Shown piece after piece: positions 26,802-36,665 of a stretch of DNA of 64,000 nucleotides (positions within the stretch are counted from its first letter, which is position 1; each line of letters opens with the position of its first letter). Made by a program: the position numbers and the translations under genes. The stretch is taken from assembly GCA_012295275.1 (NCBI GenBank), contig CM022667.1:19778001-19842000 (forward strand), given 5' to 3'. Source of the DNA: Chrysomallon squamiferum (Eukaryota > Animalia > Mollusca). The notes under the pieces were generated by a model. It was not told the DNA's origin. It saw only the letters and a list, made by a program, of their open reading frames with translations, and searched no databases.

Positions 26802-26984
26802 AAATAAATAATATAAAAAATACAAAATAAAATAATTATAATTAAATAAATCAAAAATTTAAAAATAAATAAAATAAAATAAATTAAAACATAGTGACAT
26901 AAAATAAAACAAAATTAAAAATACAAACATATATATATATACACACATACATACATAATACATACATAAATACATACATACATG

Positions 26985-27027
<43 letters not shown>

Positions 27028-27083
27028 ACACATATATGTGTGTATGTATGTATAAAATATCTATATATCTATATAAATTAAAA

Positions 27084-27119
<36 letters not shown>

Positions 27120-28934
27120 CTACATCTATATGTATAGATGTAACAAAACAGTAACAAAAAGACCAGTGTGTGCTGTGTTGTCACTACTCACGTTAGCGTT
27201 CTTCCCCCTGTCGTCTGGATCCTCCCCGTCCAGTCCCTTCCACACCAGCTGACTGAACGTCTCCAGCCCCCGCAGTGCCCCCCACACCTCCTTCGCCATG
27301 ATGGATGCACCAGACTTCTTTATCTTGATATCATCTGCAAGTCAGAGTTACAATAACAGTCAGCAAGTCAGAGTTACAATAACAGTCAGCAAGTCAGAGT
27401 TACAATAAGTCAGCAAGTCAGAGTTACAATAACAGTCAGCAAGTCAGAGTTACAATAACAGTCAGCAAGTCAGAGTTACAACAACAGTCAGCAAGTCAGA
27501 GTTACAATAACAGTCAGCAAGTCAGTGTTACAATAACAGCAAGTCAGTTACAATAACAGTCAGCAAGTCAGTGTTACAATAACAGCAAGTCAGAGTTACA
27601 ATAACAGTCAGCAAGTCAGTGTTACAATAACAGCAAGTCAGTTACAATAACAGTCAGCAAGTCAGTGTTACAATAACAGCAAGTCAGAGTTACAATAACA
27701 GTCAGAAGTCAGTGTTACAATCAAGTCAGTTACAATAACAGTCAGCAAGTCAGTGTAACAGCAAGTCAGAGTTACAATAACAGTCAGCAAGTCAGTGTTA
27801 CAGTAACAGCAAGTCAGTTACAATAACAGTCAGCAAGTCAGAGTTACAATAACAGTCAGCAAGTCAGAGTTACAATAACAGTCAGCAAGTCAGTGTTACA
27901 ATAACAGCAAGTCAGAGTTACAGTAACAGTCAGCAAGTCAGTGTTACAATAACAGTCAGCAAGTCACAGTTACAATAACAGTCAGCAAGTCAGAGTTACA
28001 ATAATAGTCAGCAAGTCAGTGTTACAGTAACAGCAAGTAAGTTACAATAACAGTCAGCAAGTCAGAGTTACAATAACAGTCAGCAAGTCAGTTACAGTAA
28101 CAGTCAGCAAGTCAGTGTTACAATAACAGTTAGCAAGTCAGAGTTACAATAACAGTCAGCAAGTCAGTTTTACAATAACAGTTAGCAAGTCAGAGTTACA
28201 GTAACAGTCAGCAAGTCAGTGTTACAATAACAGTTAGCAAGTCAGAGTTACAGTAACAGTCAGCAAGTCAGTGTTACAATAACAGCAAGTCAGAGTTACA
28301 ATAACAGTCAGCAAGTCAGTATTACAATAACAGTCATAAGAAAGTCTTCTCAATGTGAACAGTACAAGTCAGTTACAATAACAGTCAGCAAGTCAGAGTT
28401 ACAATAACAGTCAGCAAGTCAGAGTTATAATAACAGTCAGCAAGTCAGTTACAATAACAGTCAGCAAGTCAGAGTTACAATAACAGTCAGCAAGTCAGAG
28501 TTACAATAACAGTCAGCAAGTCAGAGTTACAATAACAGTCAGCAAGTCAGTTACAATAACAGTCAGCAAGTCAGAGTTACAATAAGTCAGCAAGTCAGTT
28601 ACAATAACAGTCAGCAAGTCAGAGTTACAATAACAGTCAGCAAGTCAGTTACAATAAGTCAGCAAGTCAGTGTTACAATAACAGCAAGTCAGAGTTACAA
28701 TAACAGTCAGCAAGTCAGAGTTACAATAACAGTCAGCAAGTCAGAGTTACAGTAACAGTCATAAGAAAGTCTTCTCAATGTGAACAGTGCAAGTCAGAGT
28801 TACAATAACAGTCATAAGAAAGTCTTCTCAATACGAACAGTTTAATAAAACTTGTAACTGTTGCTGGCAATAGTGATTTGTTCATTTTTACAATTATTTT
28901 AAAATATTGTCAAGGATTTCAAATTCTTAAAATA

Positions 28935-28970
<36 letters not shown>

Positions 28971-30843
28971 GGCTAGTTTATAGTAAATCACTCTGAATAT
29001 GTATAAAAACATGTTTAAGTTTTAAATAAATAAATATGTTTTTGACATATTTGAATATATCAATGATAAACTAGGCTAAATTCAGGAATACAAAAATAAT
29101 ATGTATTATATATATATATATATAAAGAGTGTCAGGGCAAAATTTTTTTTTTTTAATTTGTTAAATAATGGTTAAATAATGGATCAAACATTTTTTACTA
29201 AAATCTCTGTTTGAAATGTACAATGTATATATAAAACACCTGCAACTCACAAAATTCATCAGAATATTCACTAGGATAAAGAAAAGCATCTCACTGAAAT
29301 GTATGTTAGGTAACACAATGCGTATATAAAAAGCTGACAACTCACAAGATTCATCTGAATGTTCAGTTGGATACTTTGAACAAGGTTTGAGAATCTTCAC
29401 TTCCACGTAGGTGATCACCGGAGCTTTCTGGTACAGGTCCTGCTCGTACTTTGACGCGGGGTTGTCGATGTTTGTGCCCTCGGCGTTCTGCAGGTTGTCG
29501 TACATGTCCTCCACGGCGTTCTCCAGCACGTGTTTGCGGTAACGTCGTATGGCCTCCTCCACAACGTCGCACGTCTCTGCAACAACCTTGAAGTGGAAGG
29601 CGTCCTTGTCTATTTTGTACACCTTCGTCCTCTTCCTCACGAAGTACTGAGGCAGAGGCCAGGGTTCCCCCGTGGTGGCGTGGGGAGCTCGCCTCACTTT
29701 CAGCTCCGCCGGTCCGTAGTCGTCGAACGTCACGGAGAAATCCGACCAGTCCCAGCTCAGCCTCATGCCCCCCACCTCCCTGGGGGAGTTGCGAGGGAAG
29801 TTGACGAAGTTCTGGAAGTTGTTCTGCGGCACGTTGTTTTGGTTTCGATCGGCGGGGTCGTCGACCGTTCTGATGACACCAGGTACGTTCGCCTCACCTT
29901 TGTAGCCTCCTCCAGGCAGGACAGGAATCACTGGGATGACGTTTGAGTCTCGGTCGGACGGAATGTCGCCACGCTTCACTGACTCTGCAGCGTTCTGCTG
30001 TCCAAGAGGTTTCACCTGATCAGTCTGCTTCGAGGAGGCGACTTTGTACGCTGCATTCTGCAGATCATTGACGTTAAGAAAGTTACCTTTTCCTTCTTGA
30101 GCTTTCTGAAACTGCTTTGGGAAACCACCATCACCTCTGTTGCCGTTATTAGACAAACTGTCTGGCTTCTTGATGGTCACTTTGTCCCTGGAACCAGCTG
30201 GGTTGACTTCATTTACCTGTTCAAAGTGACCTGCCTGGTTTGCTCTGCCTCCTGAATCAGCTGGTTTGTTTGGGATTCCATTCTGTTTTGCTTTCACAGC
30301 AGCAAGTTGCTGCTGATACATCTGCTCATACTGCTCCCGTTGATGATTTTGCTGTTGCTGCTGCTGCTGTTGCTCATGCTGATGATTTTGCTGTTGTTGT
30401 TGCACCTGTTTAAAAACTTCCTGCTGTTGATTCTGCTGATCAAGTTGCTGCTGTAGCTGCGGCTGCTGCTGCTGCTGCTGCTGTTGGTGTTGCTGTTTAA
30501 ACTGTAAGTTTTGTGGTGGTACTACTCCTTTCTGAAGTTTCAGCCTGGGTGAGGTATCTGATTTGTGTAAAGGAAGGATACCTGTCAAATGAAAAACTGT
30601 CTGAATTAGTCCTTTCTAACAAACCTGACAGTAAGTAATGGTTTTTCTCTCTGAGCTATCACACTTTAACTTTTCCACACTTGTGATTGGGTATTTTGAT
30701 TTTTGATTTGTGTCTTCATGTTTGTATGTATGTATTTTTGTGTACAAGGAGATAAACAATAATTGTATATTATTAAGAGTAAGAGATAAAGAAAGAATGT
30801 ATCTGTGAAATGGGTGCTTATGTGTGTGTGTGCATGTGAACAG

Positions 30844-30895
<52 letters not shown>

Positions 30896-30968
30896 CACAC
30901 AAGTATATATTTATGTGAGTATGTGAACGTATGTATAAATATGTGTGTGTGTGTTTCTCTGTGTCTGT

Positions 30969-31017
<49 letters not shown>

Positions 31018-31262
31018 TGTGTGTCTGTGTTGTGTCTGTGTGTGTGTGTGTGTCTGTGTGTCTGTGTGTGAGTGTGTGTGTCTCTGTCTGTGTGTCTGTG
31101 TGTGTTTGTGGTTACATACAAGATATTTACTAAAATAAACAACAACAAGAAGAAGCTGCTGTCACATTCACCTTGGACCGACTCTTCTGCTGGACTGAGA
31201 TTCACTGCCAGAGATAATCCAATCAGAAGTAAAACATGAACTGTGGGTAAAACGACTTCCAT
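11695..31262 (-). CDS. HEXB: Beta-N-acetylhexosaminidase (GH20, HEXA/HEXB-like), 14 coding exons, 1015 aa, with N-terminal polyQ extension and C-terminal double TM anchor. join(31262-31172,30581-29346,27334-27192,26390-26280,20522-20421,18465-18360,17750-17543,17155-17012,16648-16558,16171-16000,14511-14421,13841-13737,12999-12801,11943-11695)
   Basis: Manual splicing gives one open frame of 3048 nt with GT-AG at all 13 introns. Diagnostic motifs: [105 protein letters not shown]. The symbol denotes the family; one-to-one orthology to vertebrate HEXA vs HEXB cannot be claimed. Confidence 0.93.
12801..12999 (-). CDS. Hexosaminidase coding exon 13: [14 protein letters not shown] followed by a Cys/basic stalk to ...SKNCQR
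   Basis: gttgcAG / AGG|GTGAGT; RG...GP.YC is the normal end of the family domain, and the frame stays open beyond it. Confidence 0.9.
13003..13220. repeat. 27-bp minisatellite (~8 copies) abutting the exon 13 acceptor
   Basis: Unit aaacacacagtttatagtaagtacaac. Confidence 0.92.
13737..13841 (-). CDS. Hexosaminidase coding exon 12 (105 nt): [34 protein letters not shown](S)
   Basis: atccccAG / GAG|GTGGGC; conserved WPRA..AERLWS and HRCRM. Confidence 0.96.
14421..14511 (-). CDS. Hexosaminidase coding exon 11 (91 nt): (G)[29 protein letters not shown](W)
   Basis: actgcAG / TG|GTAAGT; conserved [12 protein letters not shown]. Confidence 0.95.
14491..14688. repeat. ~50-bp tandem repeat x4 spanning the exon 11 acceptor
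   Basis: Unit cttctcatcaatactgtaacctgcagttacaaataactttaattaacac(t); the first copy overlaps the exon. Confidence 0.95.
15322..15981. repeat. 30-bp minisatellite (~22 copies) beginning ~17 nt after the exon 10 donor
   Basis: Unit tgttgttacagatgaagctgttatttgaca. Confidence 0.96.
16000..16171 (-). CDS. Hexosaminidase coding exon 10: [57 protein letters not shown]
   Basis: tttcctcAG / TTCG|GTAAGA; conserved TVIEVW and WYLD...YG..W..YY..DP. Confidence 0.96.
16558..16648 (-). CDS. Hexosaminidase coding exon 9: [30 protein letters not shown]
   Basis: ttttcAG / GAG|GTGAGA; conserved WQEV. Confidence 0.94.
17012..17155 (-). CDS. Hexosaminidase coding exon 8: [47 protein letters not shown](R)
   Basis: tgtttcAG / AAAAG|GTCAGA; phase 2-2; W-x-SNP and Y-E-Y-Y match the family pattern. 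Confidence 0.92.
17543..17750 (-). CDS. Hexosaminidase coding exon 7: (G)[68 protein letters not shown](W), catalytic Asp-Glu
   Basis: ctctgcAG / TG|GTACGT; intact H-x-G-G-D-E catalytic motif. Not in the ORF track; translated by hand. Confidence 0.97.
18360..18465 (-). CDS. Hexosaminidase coding exon 6: [35 protein letters not shown](G)
   Basis: ttttcAG / CCTG|GTAAAA; hallmark GH20 motif. Confidence 0.97.
19003..19245. repeat. ~75-bp tandem repeat x3 with internal (CT)n
   Basis: Unit (ct)n...tattaataaagagataacaatgttctatttactcagattagtcaaacagctg. Confidence 0.9.
19335..19697. repeat. Compound repeat: ~53-bp core x4 separated by variable (GT)n
   Basis: Core aacagacgtttaactctgatttcttgacagttcagcttgtttaactgttcttt. 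Confidence 0.92.
20421..20522 (-). CDS. Hexosaminidase coding exon 5 (102 nt): [34 protein letters not shown]
   Basis: tttcAG / AAG|GTAACC; hallmark GH20 motif. Confidence 0.97.
20526..20792. repeat. (AAAC/AAAT)n forming the polypyrimidine tract of exon 5, followed by (GATA)n/(CATA)n
   Basis: Directly visible; abuts the acceptor at 20523-20524. Confidence 0.93.
23151..23993. repeat. 44-bp minisatellite (~19 copies)
   Basis: Unit cagtgctgacaatggtgtgtattatctgtgtttatatcacagct. Confidence 0.96.
24932..25320. repeat. 28-bp minisatellite (~13 copies)
   Basis: Unit ctttgatgtgtgagtagtgtgaaacaca. Confidence 0.93.
25622..26252. repeat. 40-bp minisatellite (~16 copies) beginning ~26 nt after the exon 4 donor
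   Basis: Unit cacatgtaattatcacatctgtttgatacaactgttatat. Confidence 0.96.
26280..26390 (-). CDS. Hexosaminidase coding exon 4 (111 nt): [37 protein letters not shown]
   Basis: tttcAG / ATG|GTAAGC; start of the GH20 barrel with the substrate-binding Arg (DSSRH). Confidence 0.96.
27192..27334 (-). CDS. Hexosaminidase coding exon 3: (Y)[47 protein letters not shown]
   Basis: Acceptor cttgcAG, donor AAC|GTGAGT; conserved [14 protein letters not shown] motif. Confidence 0.95.
27337..28840. repeat. ~26-bp minisatellite (~55-60 copies) abutting the exon 3 acceptor
   Basis: Unit cagcaagtcagagttacaataacagt with 22/24-bp variants; three copies of an interrupting cataagaaagtcttctcaat segment. Confidence 0.97.
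29346..30581 (-). CDS. Hexosaminidase coding exon 2 (1236 nt): polyQ/low-complexity pro-region plus GH20 N-terminal domain
   Basis: Within the 475-aa ORF; acceptor tttgacAG|GT, donor GAATCTT|GTGAGT; encodes EPWPLPQ...[11 protein letters not shown]...YPTEHSDES(Y). Confidence 0.93.
31172..31262 (-). CDS. Hexosaminidase coding exon 1: signal peptide [30 protein letters not shown]
   Basis: gacATGG Kozak context with in-frame TGA just upstream; acceptor tctttccAG at 31280-31279 (exon starts 31278); donor CAAG|GTGAAT, phase 1, matching the next exon; hydrophobic leader. Confidence 0.85.
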
Positions 31263-32165
31263 GTCATCGCATCAAGCTCTGGAAAGAAAGAGGAGACTAA
31301 TGACAAACCCCCACAGCAAGAATCAGATCTGTTAAAATAACATCTCTCGTGTTTCATATCAAACTGACATGTCACATTCTAAATGAATAATAATGAATAA
31401 AACTGTATCTGTGTATAAAAAAAAATTGCTTTCAATAACCATGTCAATAGCAAGGTGATAAAAATAATTTTAAAATTTATATATATATTTTTTTTTAAAA
31501 CCTGAATCGGTGAAAAATTAAATAATTTATGAGAACTGAAACCAGGTGCAAACGTAAAAAAAATGTGACAACTTGCAACAGTCTGCTCTCACAGTTTGCT
31601 TAGTTTTTGTCACATCTACATAATAACACAAATATATAATCTCTTTTTTTCACAAACATTTTAAAATTTATGATTTTAACAACCTATCATTTCCTGTTTA
31701 TGTTTTAGCCATTCATTTTTTTTTTTTTTTGTGTAGAATAGTTTTTGTGAGGTCTGCACATTAATTAAACCCAGTGAACAAAACCGAGCAATGTGTGACA
31801 GATGTTTTATTACACAGCGTGACATACCACTCATATTTGTTTACTGAATGTGTCATAAATTAATCACAGATATTATTAAGGTGGAAAACCAACACACATA
31901 CACATTACTCATAAACGCAGATGCAGACACATACACACACACGTCTACATACATGCACATACACAAATATACATAAATACGTGTTCATGCATAAATACAT
32001 AGACAGATACCAGATCAATATCTGAAAACACGTATACAAACGTGTACTTGCACAAATGCAAAGAATAACCGTCGTGTTCATGCATAAATACATAGACAGA
32101 TACCAGATCAATATTAAAAACATGTATAGACAAATATCACACAAATGTGTACTTGCACACATATG

Positions 32166-32205
<40 letters not shown>

Positions 32206-33087
32206 GACATTCATGCACCGTCATACAAAATGAATACACATGCACACATATAAATGAACACACACACACACAGCATGGACGTGTTTACATGTGTAAGTAC
32301 ACAGACACACACAGATCAGTAATTAAAAACATGTACAGACAAACATGTACTCACACATACATGCAAAGATACACATGCACCACATATAAATGAACACACA
32401 CACACACACACACACAATTTCATATATAACCTATACTGCAGATACATAAGGGACTGAGGTATGAAGACAAAAATGATACAAGACGATTACAGACAAATTG
32501 ATGCAGACATTCACATGAAGAGACAGACTTCAGAACAAGACTACCTAAACCAGACTTGATTTTTCCAAATGTCATCTGAATGATACTACCACACAGTGTA
32601 ACACAGCAGTGATTTTCAAGTAGTTGCATACATCAGCATTAATTAGAGGTAAACGTCACCGACATCATCAAGTTACAGCCCAGGTGTGCATCTAACCAGC
32701 TATTTTATCACTCCTGATATTAACATATCCCTTGCTGCTGTTCTTTCCAGACTCTGTGCAGTGTATGTAAATGTGTTTTAAACAACTGAAAGCCTGCACT
32801 GAAGAGAAAGAATTGTCTCGTGTTAATTTGTAAAATTCAGAGAGTGTGTTCGCTTTACCTTACACAGCCTGTACAAACATGTGTGAGAAAGTATTTGATT
32901 AAATCACTTCATCTCCTGTGGTTGCATCAGTCAGGTACGTCTTGTATCTATCTATCTGACTGTGAGGCACAAGTGTCAACATTATATCTGATATTGGTGT
33001 GATTTACTGTACTGAAAAAATTCTTACAGTCATTAAATGGAAGTTATTGATTGTGGGTGCATGTATATCTGTGTGTCTGTATATGGG

Positions 33088-33188
<101 letters not shown>

Positions 33189-33802
33189 TACAAACTAATA
33201 ACTATGAATGTGATATGTGTTTCAGTGTGTGTGTGTGTGTGTGTGTGTGTATGTTTGTGTGTATGTGTGTTAAAGACCACATAACAAAAAGATATATCTA
33301 AATAAAAAAATCACTAACATATACACAGTACATATTTTGAAAGTAATCACAACCTATACACAACTGAAAACATCAGCTATTTTAAAAGTTTGCTAAAATT
33401 CTGCTACCTTTATGTCACAACAGCTCATAATTTTTGTGCTACAAATTATACACATCAAACAGCATATTTTGTTACATTACAACTGTTTCATCATGTCTGA
33501 CAATGTTCAAACGAGGTATTTTTCTTTTAGAGCAATTTTACACATCAGTAAAAAAAACAAATAATAATAATAATAATAATAATAATATAAAGTTACACAG
33601 ACTTGTTAAATATCAAATCAAGTTATGTGCTATTTATAACAGCATTTTTGTGATTTGATCTCACTTCCTTCAAAAATTTTGACTTTTTATCTTTGTCCTT
33701 GCAATAATGACCCTCTATGATATGAACTCAGAAAATAAAAATAAAATAAAATAAATAATGAACAAACCAATATAAATAAATAAAACAAAATATAATAATA
33801 AC

Positions 33803-33846
<44 letters not shown>

Positions 33847-34732
33847 TAACAATAACAATAATAATAATAATAATAATAAACAGTTCCTAAATTCATAAAT
33901 TAACATTAAATACAGATATCATCATGGGGCTAGACTCATTAAAGTGTGTGTTTTTTTTAAAGTTATTTTAGTGATACGTTTTAGCAATAATTAAATAATA
34001 CTGGTATGAAATGTGTAGTTTAAAATACGATTTAGTAATAAAAGAAAGACATTACTCACAGCGTGCAAACATTCAAAATGTGATTTAATATTTAACAAAT
34101 GAATCAACTCACATAGCTTTTTGTTAAAAAAAAGAAACCACACTGTGATATATTTATCACAGAGTTCATGTTTAAAGTTACTGATAACCTTTGTCTTTTG
34201 GAATTAAAAATACCTAACACGATTGTCAATGAAAAGACAGGTATACAGCATATTATAAAAAAAAACAGTTAAATCTTCTTAATTTTTTTTCTATTTCTTG
34301 TGTTAAATTTTATTTACATAGACAGATCTATCTATATATATATATATATATTAGTATTTGTGGTAGTTTTTTAATTGTCTTTTTTTCTTGAATATATATA
34401 TATATATATATATTATATACATAAACCTCTTATTTTATATAGGTTTTTTTTCTTCTTGTTATTGTTGTATGATTTAATGTCACTTTATCAACATTTATTG
34501 GGCTTGTTTTCTTGGGTTATGTAAAAACTGGGAGACCCAGGTTCTGTTCTGAAATGTTGAAGTGCATGGACATTAAATAATAACACAATCATACTTCAGT
34601 GAGATGCAGGTTATTATCCATGCTAACAAAACTTTAATGTTTAGAAACACTTTAATTCTTAGAAGCAAATATGTCATTAATTATATATAGATTACAAAAA
34701 CAGAAAAAAAACAAAAAAGAAGGAAAACAATG

Positions 34733-34763
<31 letters not shown>

Positions 34764-35075
34764 AAAAAGTTATAAAATAATTTGTTAGTTCTGTTTTCCT
34801 AATCTGAACTTACAGTAACCAAGTATTAATAAAACACTAAACAGGTATTAAAACTTACTTATTTTTTGCTATTATATATCTTGAACAGGAAACCGCTTTC
34901 TGTCATCTAACACACCAAAACTCTTTTGTCTGTGTTCTGATTGACAGAAACCATTGTCAGGTTGACACTGATGAAGAACTTGAGGGAGATAGTTAAACTG
35001 CAAGTTACGGAAAACAGACTGTATGTTACTAAGGATGACAGCTGAACAGTATTTAAGGGTGACAGCTGAGCTGTG

Positions 35076-35208
35076 CGTTAAAGAGATAGTTGAAGTGTGT
35101 GTTAAAGGAGTTAGTTGAACTGTGTGTTAAAGGAGATAGTTGAACTGTGTGTTAAAGGAGATAGTTGAACTGTGTGTTAAAGGAGATAGTTGAACTGTAT
35201 GTTAAAAG
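35076..35208. repeat. 25-bp minisatellite (~5 copies)
   Basis: Unit gttaaaggagatagttgaactgtgt. Confidence 0.88.
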
Positions 35209-35388
35209 AAACAGACTGTATGTTACTACTGCTAAGCATGGTAATAAACTGCATGTTAAAAGTTATAGCTGACCTGTATGTTAATGAAGATTGTTTGAAC
35301 TGCATGCTAACAGAGATAATTTGAACTGTATGTTAGGTCATTTTAACTGTATATTAGCAGAGATAGCTTTAACTGTGTGTTAAAGGAA

Positions 35389-35670
35389 ACTTTTTGTATG
35401 ACTACAAAGAATTAACAGATAATAACAATATGTAATACTTTCTGTATGACTACAATGTATTAACAAATAACAATAAGTAATACTTTCTGTAGGACTACAA
35501 TGTATTAACAAGTAACAATAAGTAATACTTTCTGTAGGACTACAATGTATTAACAAATAACAATAAGTAATACTTTCTGTAGGACTACAATGTATTAACA
35601 AATAACAATAAGTAATACTTTCTGTATGACTACAATGTATTAACAGATAATAACAAAATGTAATACTTTC
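35389..35670. repeat. 45-bp minisatellite (~6 copies)
   Basis: Unit tactttctgtaggactacaatgtattaacaaataacaataagtaa. Confidence 0.92.
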
Positions 35671-36619
35671 TCAGTTTCTGTAAGGTCTACAGAATATTAA
35701 CAAATAACAAACTTATTGTTTTCTGTATGACAACCTGTAATATTTTATTACAAAAATTCTGCAAGGAATTAGCACAATAATTAGCTGCAAAGGTAACTGT
35801 ATGCACCAGTGATAAAAATCCATATTAATAATTATCAATTTTATATGTTCTTGTTCTCTGCTAGTGAGAACAACACAGAGTCATCAATATTTAAGCTGAT
35901 TGTCCTGGCATCTAATCCAGAGGCTGGCATTTATAGCCAAGGACTCAACAGAAGATTTAGCAGAAGAACAAATGCCAAGAAGAGGCCAATCCTCACTGCA
36001 CATTTTGTTTAATATTTATATAAACTACAAGACTGTCATTATGTGTTTATAATCTTTAACAATCATAGCTCTTTGTGTTATCTCCAGGTTATGTTTTTTT
36101 CAGTTGTATGTCAAGTTTATATACTCGTTATTACACCAGTTTAAGATAATTATATTTTTATCCTCAACATGCTAAGCACATGTACTATCTAATTTGTACT
36201 ACTATCCATCATGTAATATCACTTTGTATCTACTATCATGTAATATCACTTTGTATCTACTGTCTATCATGTAATATCACTTTGTATTTACTGTCTATAA
36301 TGTAACTGCTTTGTACTTCATGTAATACTCAATTTATATTACTAACATCATGTAATATCCCCCATGTACTAACCAGCTTATACCACAAACATTTAATTAT
36401 TAAAATCTCCATTCACTTTCCTTTTAAGTCAGACTTTAGCTCATTGTGTACAGCTATATCACTTGATGAGTGCAATATTTATTGTTAAATGATTTTTATT
36501 TGTTTATTTATTATTTATTATTATTATTATTATTTTACTACAAAACTTTTTATATACATTTCTCCATGTTTCTGGAGTTAAGATATTTGTTTTCTTTCAT
36601 TTTTTTTTATTCATTTTTT

Positions 36620-36665
<46 letters not shown>

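Noticed and set aside
29161-29345. Hydrophobic 3' tail of the 475-aa ORF ([13 protein letters not shown]...)
   Set aside because: Intron read-through past a consensus donor; homology continues in phase in the exon at 27334.
29530-29946. 138-aa plus-strand ORF (and similar at 15980-16195, 27168-27356, 12837-13049)
   Set aside because: Antisense shadows of GC-rich coding exons.
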